Counted from the first letter of the stretch, positions 27,802 to 37,232 are shown. The stretch is DNA of 64,000 bases from Alphaproteobacteria bacterium (GCA_965214705.1 CBDCCI010000002.1:768001-832000), one strand, 5' to 3'. Notes: generated from the letters alone by a model not told the origin. A program made the numbers and translations.

Positions 27802-29961
27802 CCCAAGTTGGCACTTTTCCGCTGCCTGTGTTCCCTATTGGTTTGATTCAACGCGATATTTTTCTCGGTCGATTCCAACATGGCCCCACATTTTGTGAGA
27901 TTCTGTCAGCTCATCAGACGGGTCCTCGTGCGGTGGATGGCGGGGTCCACGCCCGCCGCCGAGGAGATTGCGGCAACCTCGGCGGCCGGGCGCGTGTCCT
28001 GGCGGTTGACGATCAAGGTGCCGTCGGTCTGGCGCAGGCGCGTGGTGATCCGCACCCAGGTCCGCATGCTCTCGCGGATCGACGCCCAGCACTTGTGGAT
28101 GCCGCGCGCGGCCAGCCGGGTACGGATCAGATGCACGGCGTGGTAGGCCAGCACGGCGATCAGCAGGTGGGCCGCGATGCGCCGGTCGAGCTGGTGCCAG
28201 ATCGGGCGAAGGCCGAGCTCGGATTTCAGGCTCCGGAATGTCGCCTCGATATCCGTGATCCGCCAGTACGTCCGCAGGACCGTCTCGATGTCCCAGTCGA
28301 CGTGGCTGGTGCGCAGCACATAGGCACCGGCGCCCTCATCGGCCTCGTCGTATCGCGGCCTGCGCTTGAAGCGCACGGCGGTGGCATTGGGGCCGGTTTT
28401 CGCCCTCTCGACCGTGATCTCGTAGTGCCTGGCGACGGCGGAGAAGCGCTGCTTGAGGCGGCCTATGCTCTCCAGCACCTTGTCGTAGCGCTTGAGGCGG
28501 CCCTTGACCGGGAGGCCGCCGTGGAGCCTTTCCAGCGCCGCCTCGAAGCGGTTCCGCCTCAGGCCGATGATCGCGTTCTCGGCCTTCTTCTTGCCCTCGC
28601 TGACGACGTAGAGCCGCGCCTCGCCGTCCTCGCTGGCAAGCCGCCAGGCCCGCACCTCGTGGCGCGCGCTGGTGATCAGCAGGGCCTCGGGTCCGCCCTC
28701 GGGCGGCGCAGGCCTGGCACCGCGGCTGACCGCGATCCAGTCGTAGCCCTGCTCGCCCAGCCACGCGATGTTTTTCTCGGTGGCGATGCCCGCGTCCATG
28801 ACCACCGTGGGCTTCGGCGCCGTGCCGCCGCACACCGCCTCGAGCCGCGCCAGCGCCTCGTGCAGCGTGCCCGGCTCGCTCACGTTGCCCGGCAGGATCT
28901 CGCAACTGCGCGGGAAGCCCGCGCCGTCGAGCGCCAGCGCCAGCGTGATGAGGGGACAGTCGTCGCGCTTCTGCTTGGAGCGCCCGAACCTGGGAAGCTC
29001 GCCGCCCGTGTGGCCGTGGTAGTGGACGTTGGTGAGATCGTAGAAGGCGATCGTCTCGGGCAGGTCGAGCAGTGCGCGCTCACGGTTGAACAGCTCCCGC
29101 TGGATGGCGGCGCGGTGGCGCCAGAGCAGGTCGCCGATGCGGTAGAGCGTCTTGCGCCGCAGCGCCTTGCGGTCGCCCTCCAGGCCCAGGAGCTCGGCGG
29201 CCGCGCTGTCGTGGCGGAGCCAGCGGCTGGTATCACGCTCGCTGGCGGGATGGACCATCCTGGCGACGATCAGCGCGCTGGCGATGCGCCCGTCGCGGCC
29301 CTTGATGTCGAGGCCGTGGAGGATTTCGGCGAAGCCGAGGGCGTCGAGGGCCTTGAGGCACAGGCGCTCGCAGCCGACCGTGCGCGGGTTCTCGTGCTCC
29401 AGGGTATCGAGGTCGACGGTGGCGATGTCGGGCTTGCGCGCCTCTTCCTGCATCGCCTCGACGCGGAACCCCCTGGCCCTGAGCTTGGCGACGATGTCCT
29501 CGGCTGCGGCCCGCACATCCGCCTCGCCCTCGAACAGCGGCGGCTTGCCGTGAAGCAGCGCCTCGGCGAGTTCGGTGACGGCCTTCCACTTCTCGCGCGG
29601 CACCGGATAGTCGGTGCCGAGATTGAGCAGCGTCCTGTGGCGCACCTTGTCGCCGACGCGCTGGGCGAGCACGAGGCGATGGCTTCGGACCGGCTGGCCG
29701 GCCTTGTCGGTGTGTGTCCTGGTTGCCTTGATGTACATGGCGGCGCCGTTTCTGCGATGCCTGTTTCGCATACACGGCGTTCGCGGCATCTGGCAAGAGG
29801 GATATCGACTCAACTCCAAAGTCCTGGCCCCACAATTGGCTTCCAGGACCACGAATGGCAAATGTGGGTCTCAGGTGTCCTCCAACCCCAACATCTAGTG
29901 GTTCAGCGCCGCAAAACTGGCTCGAACAGGCTCGGCTGGTCGGAAAAAGTGCCAACTTGGG
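27802..29961 (-). mobile_element. IS1634-family element
   Basis: TIRs CCCAAGTTGGCACTTTT / AAAAGTGCCAACTTGGG. Duplication ACGA at 27798-27801 and 29962-29965. Confidence 0.92.
27906..29738 (-). CDS. IS1634-family transposase
   Basis: RTLLNLG, FYDLTN, FGRSKQKRDD, VMDAG and IEATFRSLKSELGLRPIWH motifs. Confidence 0.92.
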   Translation of the reverse strand: MYIKATRTHTDKAGQPVRSHRLVLAQRVGDKVRHRTLLNLGTDYPVPREKWKAVTELAEALLHGKPPLFEGEADVRAAAEDIVAKLRARGFRVEAMQEEARKPDIATVDLDTLEHENPRTVGCERLCLKALDALGFAEILHGLDIKGRDGRIASALIVARMVHPASERDTSRWLRHDSAAAELLGLEGDRKALRRKTLYRIGDLLWRHRAAIQRELFNRERALLDLPETIAFYDLTNVHYHGHTGGELPRFGRSKQKRDDCPLITLALALDGAGFPRSCEILPGNVSEPGTLHEALARLEAVCGGTAPKPTVVMDAGIATEKNIAWLGEQGYDWIAVSRGARPAPPEGGPEALLITSARHEVRAWRLASEDGEARLYVVSEGKKKAENAIIGLRRNRFEAALERLHGGLPVKGRLKRYDKVLESIGRLKQRFSAVARHYEITVERAKTGPNATAVRFKRRPRYDEADEGAGAYVLRTSHVDWDIETVLRTYWRITDIEATFRSLKSELGLRPIWHQLDRRIAAHLLIAVLAYHAVHLIRTRLAARGIHKCWASIRESMRTWVRITTRLRQTDGTLIVNRQDTRPAAEVAAISSAAGVDPAIHRTRTRLMS

Positions 29962-30712
29962 ACGAGGATGCGGAGCGCCAGTATCGGGGCCAGCTCCTGG
30001 ATTTCGAGGCAGCCCAGGAGGACCTCGCCGCGGCGCGTGCCAGGGGCGGCCAGGAGGCACTGGACAAGGTGGCGCTGGAGCTGAGCACCGCCGAAGAGGA
30101 GTTGCAGGAGCTGGCGGAGAGCCTCGGCCAGAGCCGAATCCATGCGCCGCTCTCGGGTGTCGTGCTGGCCGGGTCCGGCCGCGCAGGCTTGTCGGAGGGC
30201 AGCAAGGTCGGCAAGGGCCAGGTGGTGGCGACTATCGGCGACTTCAGCCGCATGGCGGCTACGGCCAAGGTCGACGAGGTCGACGTGGTGCGGATCGCGG
30301 TCGGCCAGGCGGTCACCGTGACCGGCAACGCCTTCGGCGGCCTGCGCCTGCGAGGGACCGTGACTCACGTCGCCTCCCAGCCCGATCCCCGCTCGCGGGG
30401 CACGCCCCAGTTCGACGTGGCGGTGACGCTGGATCCGCTCGATGAGGAGCAGATGGAGCGGATCCGCGCCGGCATGTCGAGCCGCCTCAGGATCGTGGTT
30501 TACAGCAAGGAGGCGGCGCTGATGGTGCCGCTCGAGGCGGTGGAGGATCGGGGGCGCTCCTACTGGGTGAGCGTGGTCGACCCGTCGACCCGGGAGGTGG
30601 GCGAGCGGGAGGTGGTCATCGGACCGACCACCCAGGATTCGGTCGAGATCACGGCCGGGCTGCAGGCCGGCGACGAGATCGTGATTCGGGAACGATAGCC
30701 ATAAGCCTCGCA

Positions 30713-31405
30713 ATGCTGCGGCTGGTTGACATCCAAAAATCCTTCAGGCTGGGCACGATCGACGTGGAGGTTCTACGCGGCGTCAACCTGGAGGTGGCGG
30801 AGGGCGAGCTGCTCTCGATCATGGGCCCGTCCGGCAGCGGCAAGTCCACGCTGATGAACATCATCGGCCTGCTGGGCAGGCCCACGGCGGGCTCCTACTT
30901 CCTCGACGGGCGCGATGTCTCGTCGATGAAGGACCGGGAGCTGTCGGCCTTCCGCAACATGCACATCGGCTTCGTGTTCCAGTCCTTCAACCTGCTGGAC
31001 CACCTGACGGCGCTGGAGAACGTGGCGGTGCCGCTGGTCTATCGCGGTCTGGGCCGGGGCGAGATCAGGCGCCGGGCGCGGGAGATGCTGGAGAAGGTCG
31101 GCATGGAAGACCGGCTCGGCCACAAGCCGGACCAGCTCTCGGGCGGGCAGAAGCAGCGGGTGGCGATCGCCCGTGCGCTGGTGGGGAAGCCCTCGGTGGT
31201 ACTCGCCGACGAGCCGACGGGTGCGCTCGATTCGGACACCGCCGAGGAGGTCATGCAGCTCCTCATCCGCCTCAACCGGGAGGACCGGATCACGATCCTG
31301 ATCATCACCCACGACCTCCTGGTCTCACGGCTCTGCGAGCGTCAAACCATGATCCGCGGCGGCGCTCTGCTGGGAGGCCTGCACCAGGCCGAAGCGGCGG
31401 AGTGA
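30713..31405 (+). CDS. ABC exporter ATP-binding subunit (MacB/LolD type)
   Basis: GPSGSGKST, IGFVFQSFNL, LSGGQKQR and LADEPTGALD motifs. Confidence 0.95.
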   Translation: MLRLVDIQKSFRLGTIDVEVLRGVNLEVAEGELLSIMGPSGSGKSTLMNIIGLLGRPTAGSYFLDGRDVSSMKDRELSAFRNMHIGFVFQSFNLLDHLTALENVAVPLVYRGLGRGEIRRRAREMLEKVGMEDRLGHKPDQLSGGQKQRVAIARALVGKPSVVLADEPTGALDSDTAEEVMQLLIRLNREDRITILIITHDLLVSRLCERQTMIRGGALLGGLHQAEAAE

Positions 31406-31411
31406 GGCGCC

Positions 31412-32623
31412 GTGCGGAGCGTGCGCACGGCCCTTACGTCCACGCTGCGCGAGGCGGTGCGCAGCCTCTACGGCGCCCGGCTGCGCACGCTGCTGGGGCT
31501 GATCGGCATCATGATCGGCATTGCCTCGGTGATCACCATGATCTCGATCGGCGAGATCGCGAAGTCCCAGTCGCGCAAGGATTTCGAGGCGCTGGGCACG
31601 GACATTCTCACCGTCAAGCCGCCGGACCACCTGATCGGCAGCCCCAGCCGTGCGACCATCGGGCTCGACGACGCGCTCTCCTTGGCGGAGGTGCTGCCGT
31701 CCGTCTCGGTGGCAGCGCCCCGGATCGAGACGCAGGGCACCTTCCGCTACGCAGGCAGGCGTGTCGGCAGCGGCTCGGTGCAGGGGGTCTCCGCCTCGTT
31801 CGCAGAGGTGAACAAGCTAACGATGGCCGAGGGGCGGTTCGTCTCGAACCTCGACAGGGGCCGCTACTTCGCGGTGGTCGGCGCGGATGTGGCAAACGCC
31901 ATGCGCCGGCGCGGCGCCGGTACCGTGGTAGGCCAGATCCTGCAGGTGGGCGGGCGCCTCTACACGGTACTCGGCGCGCTCGAGTCCGCGCCGGAGACCT
32001 ATGCGCTGCCGTTCTCGGTGGATGCGAACCGCTCGATCTTCGTGCCCATCACCACCGTGCGCCGCACCGAGCCCGAGGCGCAGATCGAGCTGATCATCGC
32101 CCGCGCGGCGCCGGGCGTGCACTACGCCGATGCCACGCGCGACGTGCAGGCCTACTTCGCTAAGCGCGCCAGGGGGCTCGAGCTCGAGGTCGTCAGCGCC
32201 GAGCAGCTCATCGAGCAGATGGAATCGCAGCTCGGGCTGATGACCCTGCTGCTGGCCGCCGTCGGCTGCGTCAGCCTGATCGTCGGCGGCATCGGGGTGA
32301 TGAACATCATGCTGATCTCGGTGGCCGAGCGGCGCCGCGAGATCGGTGTCCGCCGAGCGCTCGGCGCGAACCGCGGTGACATCCAGCGCCAATTCCTGAT
32401 CGAAGCCCTGATCCTGACCCTCGGCGGCGGCATCGCCGGGGTGATCGCCGGCACCGGCGCGGCTTACGGGATCGCCCACATTTACGCCTGGGAGTTCTTC
32501 ATCTCCCCGGCCTCGATCGTCGTCGGCGTCGGCGTCTCTACGGCAGTCGGAATCTTCTTCGGCTTCCAGCCCGCCTATCAGGCCTCCCGCCTCGACCCCA
32601 TCGTTGCCCTGCAGGGGGAATAG
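31412..32623 (+). CDS. ABC exporter permease (MacB/FtsX type)
   Basis: LIGIMIGIASV, VGGIGVMNIMLISVAERRREIGVRRALGA and PAYQASRLDP motifs. Confidence 0.95.
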   Translation: MRSVRTALTSTLREAVRSLYGARLRTLLGLIGIMIGIASVITMISIGEIAKSQSRKDFEALGTDILTVKPPDHLIGSPSRATIGLDDALSLAEVLPSVSVAAPRIETQGTFRYAGRRVGSGSVQGVSASFAEVNKLTMAEGRFVSNLDRGRYFAVVGADVANAMRRRGAGTVVGQILQVGGRLYTVLGALESAPETYALPFSVDANRSIFVPITTVRRTEPEAQIELIIARAAPGVHYADATRDVQAYFAKRARGLELEVVSAEQLIEQMESQLGLMTLLLAAVGCVSLIVGGIGVMNIMLISVAERRREIGVRRALGANRGDIQRQFLIEALILTLGGGIAGVIAGTGAAYGIAHIYAWEFFISPASIVVGVGVSTAVGIFFGFQPAYQASRLDPIVALQGE

Positions 32624-32647
32624 TTTGGGCGCACGCACCGAGCAGCG

Positions 32648-34231
32648 GTGACGCACCCAACCACCCGCGCGGCCGATGCCATGACAGGTGCATTCGGCCG
32701 CATCCGCACTCTCGCCGCCCGGCCGGTCTCCGGCCAGTCTCTCGCCGTCTTCCGCATCGCCTTCGGCCTGCTGATGCTCAACGACGTCGTGCACCTGCTG
32801 AGGCACGACTGGCTCACGGGCTTCTATATCGACCGCGCCATCCTGTTCCCCTACTACGGGCTGGAGGTGCCGGCGCTGCCGGCCCCCTGGCTGCACCTGC
32901 TGTGGGGCCTCTGCGGACTCTGCTGCGTGGCAGTGGCGCTCGGCGCCTTCTACCGGATCGCGATCTGGGGCTTCAACGCGATCTTCATCTACGTCTTCCT
33001 GCTCGATCAGCTGCTCTACCTCAACCACTTCTACATGATCGCGCTCTTCGGGCTGCTGCTGGGCTGCACCGACGCGCATCGCTGCTGGTCGGTGGACCGC
33101 AGGCTCGGGCGCATCGGCGGCACGACGAAGGTGCCGCTCTGGAACCTGTTCATCCTTCAGTTCCAGGTGGAGGTGATCCTGATCTTCGCCGGCCTCGTGA
33201 AGATCGAGATCGACTGGCTGCGGGGTGAGCCGCTCAGGACCTGGATGCTGGAGCGCCCGTGGTCGCCCTTGTCTTCCCTGTTCGAGGTGCACTGGATCAC
33301 GCTCGCGGCGCCCGTGCTGATCATCCTGCTCCACACCGTGGGCGCGCCGCTGCTGCTCTGGTCGAAGACCCGGCTCTGGGTGTTCCTGCTCTATTGCGCC
33401 TTCCACGTGACCAATGCCCATCTGTTCAACATCGGCGTCTTCCCATGGATGACGATCGCGGCCACGACGATCCTGTTCTCTCCGGAATGGCCCACCGTCC
33501 TCGGCAGGCGGATCGGCGCCTTCCTGACGTGGCTCCGGCTGCCACGGCCGCCCGTGCCGGCGTGGATCGGCCACACGGTACGGATCGTCGGCGGCAGGCC
33601 GGCGGCTGGTGAGGGAGGGCACGCCGCCTTCCGGCCCCTGCACCCGGCGGCGCTTGCGGCGCTCGTCCTCTACGCCCTGGTTCAGGTCTGGCTGCCGGTC
33701 CGCGACACCCTCTTCGAGGGATACGTGGGATGGACGGAAGAGGGCCAAAAATTCTCGTGGCGCATGATGCTCTACGTCCACGGCGCGGACGGGCGCCTCA
33801 TCGCCGTCACGCCGGAGGGCGAGGCCTGGGTCATCGACATGCCGGCGCACCTCGACCCCTTGCAGACCTGGATGGTGTTCGCCAAGCCGGAGATGCTGCT
33901 GCACTTCGCTCATCTGATGAAGGCGCACTACGCGGAGACCGACGTCGGCGAGGTGCGGATCTACGCCGACGTCGTCAAGAACGTGAACGGCCAGCCCTAT
34001 CGGCGCCTCATCGACCCTGACGTGGACCTCGCCGCCGTCGAAGGGATGAACTGGTTCGCAGACGACCCCTGGGTGCTCCGCCCCGAACGGATGCAGGCTG
34101 CCGAGGGTCTGGTCCCCGACTGGTATCCGCCCATCACTGCCGACCGCTTCGACGCCATGCTGGATGCGTTCGGGAATGCGGAGCCATCCCCGCAAAGCGG
34201 GACCGCCGCCGCCCGCAAGGCGCAGGAGTGA
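32648..34231 (+). CDS. HTTM / vitamin-K-dependent gamma-carboxylase-like membrane protein
   Basis: LAVFRIAFG, YLNHFY, AGLVKIEIDW, FHVTNAHLFNIGVFP and FSWRMML parallel the GGCX motifs. The start may be ATG 32681. Confidence 0.9.
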   Translation: MTHPTTRAADAMTGAFGRIRTLAARPVSGQSLAVFRIAFGLLMLNDVVHLLRHDWLTGFYIDRAILFPYYGLEVPALPAPWLHLLWGLCGLCCVAVALGAFYRIAIWGFNAIFIYVFLLDQLLYLNHFYMIALFGLLLGCTDAHRCWSVDRRLGRIGGTTKVPLWNLFILQFQVEVILIFAGLVKIEIDWLRGEPLRTWMLERPWSPLSSLFEVHWITLAAPVLIILLHTVGAPLLLWSKTRLWVFLLYCAFHVTNAHLFNIGVFPWMTIAATTILFSPEWPTVLGRRIGAFLTWLRLPRPPVPAWIGHTVRIVGGRPAAGEGGHAAFRPLHPAALAALVLYALVQVWLPVRDTLFEGYVGWTEEGQKFSWRMMLYVHGADGRLIAVTPEGEAWVIDMPAHLDPLQTWMVFAKPEMLLHFAHLMKAHYAETDVGEVRIYADVVKNVNGQPYRRLIDPDVDLAAVEGMNWFADDPWVLRPERMQAAEGLVPDWYPPITADRFDAMLDAFGNAEPSPQSGTAAARKAQE

Positions 34232-34246
34232 TCCGATGGCGCGGCC

Positions 34247-34657
34247 TCAGTCCCGGAAGCGCGGCGTGCCCTTGACCAGCAACGCCGCGCGCCGGAGCCG
34301 GCGCAGCCAGGGGTAGACCGCGCGCACCCGTGCAGGGCTCGATGCGAACCAGCGCGCGAACGTGTTGAAGCGGCCGGGGCTGGCGGCCATCGCCTTGAGC
34401 GCGATCATCGCCGCGGCGCCGTGATAGTGCCGGCCGTCGAGTGCCAGGATCATCCCCTGCTCGAGATCGAAGCCGTCACGCCGCAGCCGGGCGACGAGGC
34501 CGGGCGCCTCCCTGCCGTCGATAAGCGTCAGAGGACGACCGGTGTGCGTCTCGAACCGGGACTTCGCGACATAGTAGCTGCAGAACGGGCATTCGCCGTC
34601 ATAGAGCAGGAAGGGGTCCGGCGGGCAGGTGGCTGCGGCGTCGTCCGTCTCGGCCAT
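34247..34657 (-). CDS. DCC1-like (DUF393) thiol-disulfide oxidoreductase
   Basis: LLYDGECPFC (DxxCxxC), YHGAAA and YPWL motifs. Confidence 0.88.
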   Translation of the reverse strand: MAETDDAAATCPPDPFLLYDGECPFCSYYVAKSRFETHTGRPLTLIDGREAPGLVARLRRDGFDLEQGMILALDGRHYHGAAAMIALKAMAASPGRFNTFARWFASSPARVRAVYPWLRRLRRAALLVKGTPRFRD

Positions 34658-34734
34658 CCGTAGGGTCACTCTGGCTTCCGCTCCCCGTTTCACCCGCGAA
34701 CAGTGTGCCAACCGAGCGTGGAGAACAATACGGC

Positions 34735-34874
34735 ATGGTCAGGCCCTGGCCGTGAAGAAATTCTGCCCGCCGCAACGGGCTCACAATTTTCTCAAGCTTG
34801 TAACGCTTCCTTGCCATCGCCGGCCCTCCTCTTTCCATAACCCAAGGGTGGACCAATCCCATGGGGGAGGATCA
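34735..34874 (-). mobile_element. IS3-family left end and OrfA start (remnant)
   Basis: Begins TGATCCTCCCCC on the minus strand; MARKRYKLEKIVSPLRRAEFLHGQG. Confidence 0.7.
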
Positions 34875-35125
34875 CCCCGAACCAGGGCAGGATCTGGTTC
34901 CGGTAGTAGCCTTGGTTGACCCTGAGCACCGGGGGATTCCAGTGGCGGGCGTGGCGCCGGAAGACTTCATCGGCGACTATCTCGAACGGGGTGTCCAGCG
35001 GCGTCCCGGCCTCATCGTGGTTTCTGCTGCGGATCGATGCCAACAGGGTTCTGGCCCGGTCACGGGCCTCGTCCGCGCCGATGGACCCGGCCTGGCCAAC
35101 GATCTTCCAGAAGAGGCTGTCGGGG
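34875..35125 (-). pseudogene. Integrase N-terminal fragment
   Basis: DEARDRARTLLASIR...TPFEIVADEVFRRHARHW...YRNQILPWFG resembles the arm/SAM region of tyrosine integrases; cut by the IS3 end. Confidence 0.55.
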
Positions 35126-35210
35126 AGAGGGTCCGGTTGAGGACCGATTCGGCGGCGGAACGGCGGGCGGCAGGTTGCGCTGAACGTCGTTCTTGTGTAT
35201 ATAATTGCGC

Positions 35211-35393
35211 ATGCTGCGCAGCAGCCGCGAGATCGTCAAGCGTCTCAAGGCCGAAGGCTTCGAGCTGGTGAGCGTCAAGGGCTCCCACCACAAGTTCAGA
35301 AAGGGCGAGATCACCGTGGTGGTGCCGCACCCGAAGAAGGACTTGCCGCTGGGCACGGCGCGGAGCATCGCATGGCGGGTCGGCTGGATCTGA
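35211..35393 (+). CDS. hicA: HicA toxin
   Basis: GFELVSVKGSHHKF and VPHPKKDLPLGT motifs. Confidence 0.92.
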   Translation: MLRSSREIVKRLKAEGFELVSVKGSHHKFRKGEITVVVPHPKKDLPLGTARSIAWRVGWI

Positions 35394-35403
35394 GGAGGCA
35401 GGC

Positions 35404-35793
35404 ATGCACTACGTGGCCGTCATCGACAAGGAACCCGGCAGCGCCTACGGGATCCAGTTCCCCGAGGTGCCGGGATGCTATTCGGCCGCCGATAGCTTCG
35501 AGGAAATCGTTCCCAATGCGATCGAGGCATTAAGCCTGTTCTTCGAGGACGGCGAGCCGGTGCCTCCGCGGGGCATGGAAGCGGTGCGTGATGAGGTTGC
35601 GGAAAGCACCGCGGAGGGTGCGGTCCTCATGATGATTCCGTACGTCCGGGACCGGAGAAGGGTCGTGCGGGTCAACCTGAGCCTGGAGAAGGGGTTCCTC
35701 GATACGCTGGACGAGGCGGCGAGGATGCGCGGGATGACGCGCTCGGCGTTCGTCCAGAAGGCCGCGACGCGGGAAATCATCGACCCGGCCTGA
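35404..35793 (+). CDS. hicB: HicB antitoxin
   Basis: YGIQFPEVPGCYSAAD; C-terminal RHH RVNLSL...TRSAF. Confidence 0.92.
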   Translation: MHYVAVIDKEPGSAYGIQFPEVPGCYSAADSFEEIVPNAIEALSLFFEDGEPVPPRGMEAVRDEVAESTAEGAVLMMIPYVRDRRRVVRVNLSLEKGFLDTLDEAARMRGMTRSAFVQKAATREIIDPA

Positions 35794-35829
35794 CGCGGGC
35801 ATGGGTGGTGGCGCCCGTCTCGGGTGCCT

Positions 35830-35975
35830 GCTTTGTCATCATCTCCAGGACCTCGTGGCGCTCCATGACCGGCCTCCCTCCGGCTGTCGTAGCGTTGGCA
35901 GTCGGCCACGGGCTGGTGGCGCAGCTGCAGGCCCTCGGGTGTCGGGATGGTCGCCGTCGTCGCAGCTGGAGAGAC
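35830..35975 (-). mobile_element. IS21-family scar (istA end / istB start)
   Basis: IPTPEGLQLRHQPVADCQRYDS followed by MERHEVLEMMTK. Confidence 0.65.
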
Positions 35976-36206
35976 GGGTTCGCAGGCGGCCGAGTGTGTC
36001 GGGCAGCCGCCGGCCGGATGCTTACTGTCCGAACGCAGGGTGATTTCGCGTCTGGCAAACTACTGGTAAACAATGGGATTCCACATTCGGTCGGCGAATG
36101 GCGATGTTTCCGAGCGCCACCGCACCTGCTGGTGATCTTCTCTGTCGATACGCCAGACCGACTTGACGTGAGGCGCGGCCGGAGAACGATGCGCCGGCGG
36201 GGGCGT

Positions 36207-37232
36207 TCAGGGAGGGCCGTCGCGGTAGCCGTAAGGGGCGGTCTCCGCCTCGCACGCCTGCCAGGTGCCGATGGTGCCGTTGGTGTCGAGGCTCCCCAGG
36301 CATACCGCCGCCACGGAGACCGCGAGTTCGAGGCCGCGCGGCACCGGCCACCCTTCGTGCAGGCCGTAGACGAGCCCGGCCGCGAAGGCGTCGCCTGCGC
36401 CGACCGCGCTCACGATGCGCGAATCGGGCCAGCGCACGGCCGCCTGCGCGTGTAGCGCGCCCTCCGTATCGACCGCGACCGCGCCCTCGGGGAAGTGGAT
36501 AGCTGCCACCTGCCGGACCCCCATCTCACGGAGCCGCCGGCACGCCCGCCCCGCTGCCTCCCAGTCGAGGACCCCCTCGGGGCGGATATCGATCTCCGTC
36601 ACCGCCTCGCCCTCCAGGTCGTTGATGACGATGCTGTCGAGCAGGGGAAGGCACGGCCGCACGATGGGGCGCAGGATGTCGCCCTCCAGGCTCGCCATCT
36701 CCATGTTCGTGCGGAAGCCGAGCGCGCGGGCGCGCGCCAGGACCCGCGTCCAGCCGTTGCCGCCGTCCGGATGCGGCCGGTCCAGGCGAGGGTGAAGCCC
36801 AGGGGCGCCCACGTGGAAGATGCGGGCGCGCGACGCGCCGGGGTCGGCGTGGCTCTCATCCAGCAGGTCGGCGGTTCCGCGGAAGAAGAAGAAGGTCCGA
36901 CGCCCGGTCGCCTGCGACGCCATGACCTCGACGTAGACCTGCGGCGCCTTGGCCGTGAGGGTCATCCCGTCCGCCGAGATGCCGTGCCGGGCGAGCGCGT
37001 CAAGCACCACCTGGCCGTTCTCGTCGTCGCCGACGAGGCCGTGGCACTCGACCCGCATGTCCGGATCGAGCCGGCGCAGGTTCGCCGCGATGTTGTAGCC
37101 CGGCCCGCCGGCCGCGAGATGGCGGTCGGCGATGAAGGTCGTCTGGTCCTCGGGCGGATAGTGCTCGATGGCGAGGTTGTGGTCGGTGATGAAGGACCCG
37201 AAGGTCAACACGCCGCTTCTTCGTTCCGCCAT
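36207..37232 (-). CDS. PfkB-family carbohydrate kinase
   Basis: GGPGYN, GLVGDDENG, NDLE and VGAGDAFAAG motifs. Confidence 0.9.
   Translation of the reverse strand: MAERRSGVLTFGSFITDHNLAIEHYPPEDQTTFIADRHLAAGGPGYNIAANLRRLDPDMRVECHGLVGDDENGQVVLDALARHGISADGMTLTAKAPQVYVEVMASQATGRRTFFFFRGTADLLDESHADPGASRARIFHVGAPGLHPRLDRPHPDGGNGWTRVLARARALGFRTNMEMASLEGDILRPIVRPCLPLLDSIVINDLEGEAVTEIDIRPEGVLDWEAAGRACRRLREMGVRQVAAIHFPEGAVAVDTEGALHAQAAVRWPDSRIVSAVGAGDAFAAGLVYGLHEGWPVPRGLELAVSVAAVCLGSLDTNGTIGTWQACEAETAPYGYRDGPP

Larger units (their letters stand above)
26750..30698 (+). pseudogene. PAS + coiled coil + TM + membrane-fusion (HlyD/MacA-type) protein, ~594 aa, interrupted by IS1634
   Basis: Joining 26750-27801 to 29966-30698 gives in-frame LVPASDHEDAERQY. 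PAS motifs DGVMVV, FNGAA, SDITE. MFP motifs VTEGDLL, IHAPLSGVV, VDEVDV, GMS, GLQAGDEIV. Confidence 0.92.

Noticed and set aside
27828-30698. 956-aa ORF as a novel fusion protein
   Set aside because: It is the antisense frame of the IS1634 transposase running into the true C-terminal half of the MFP.
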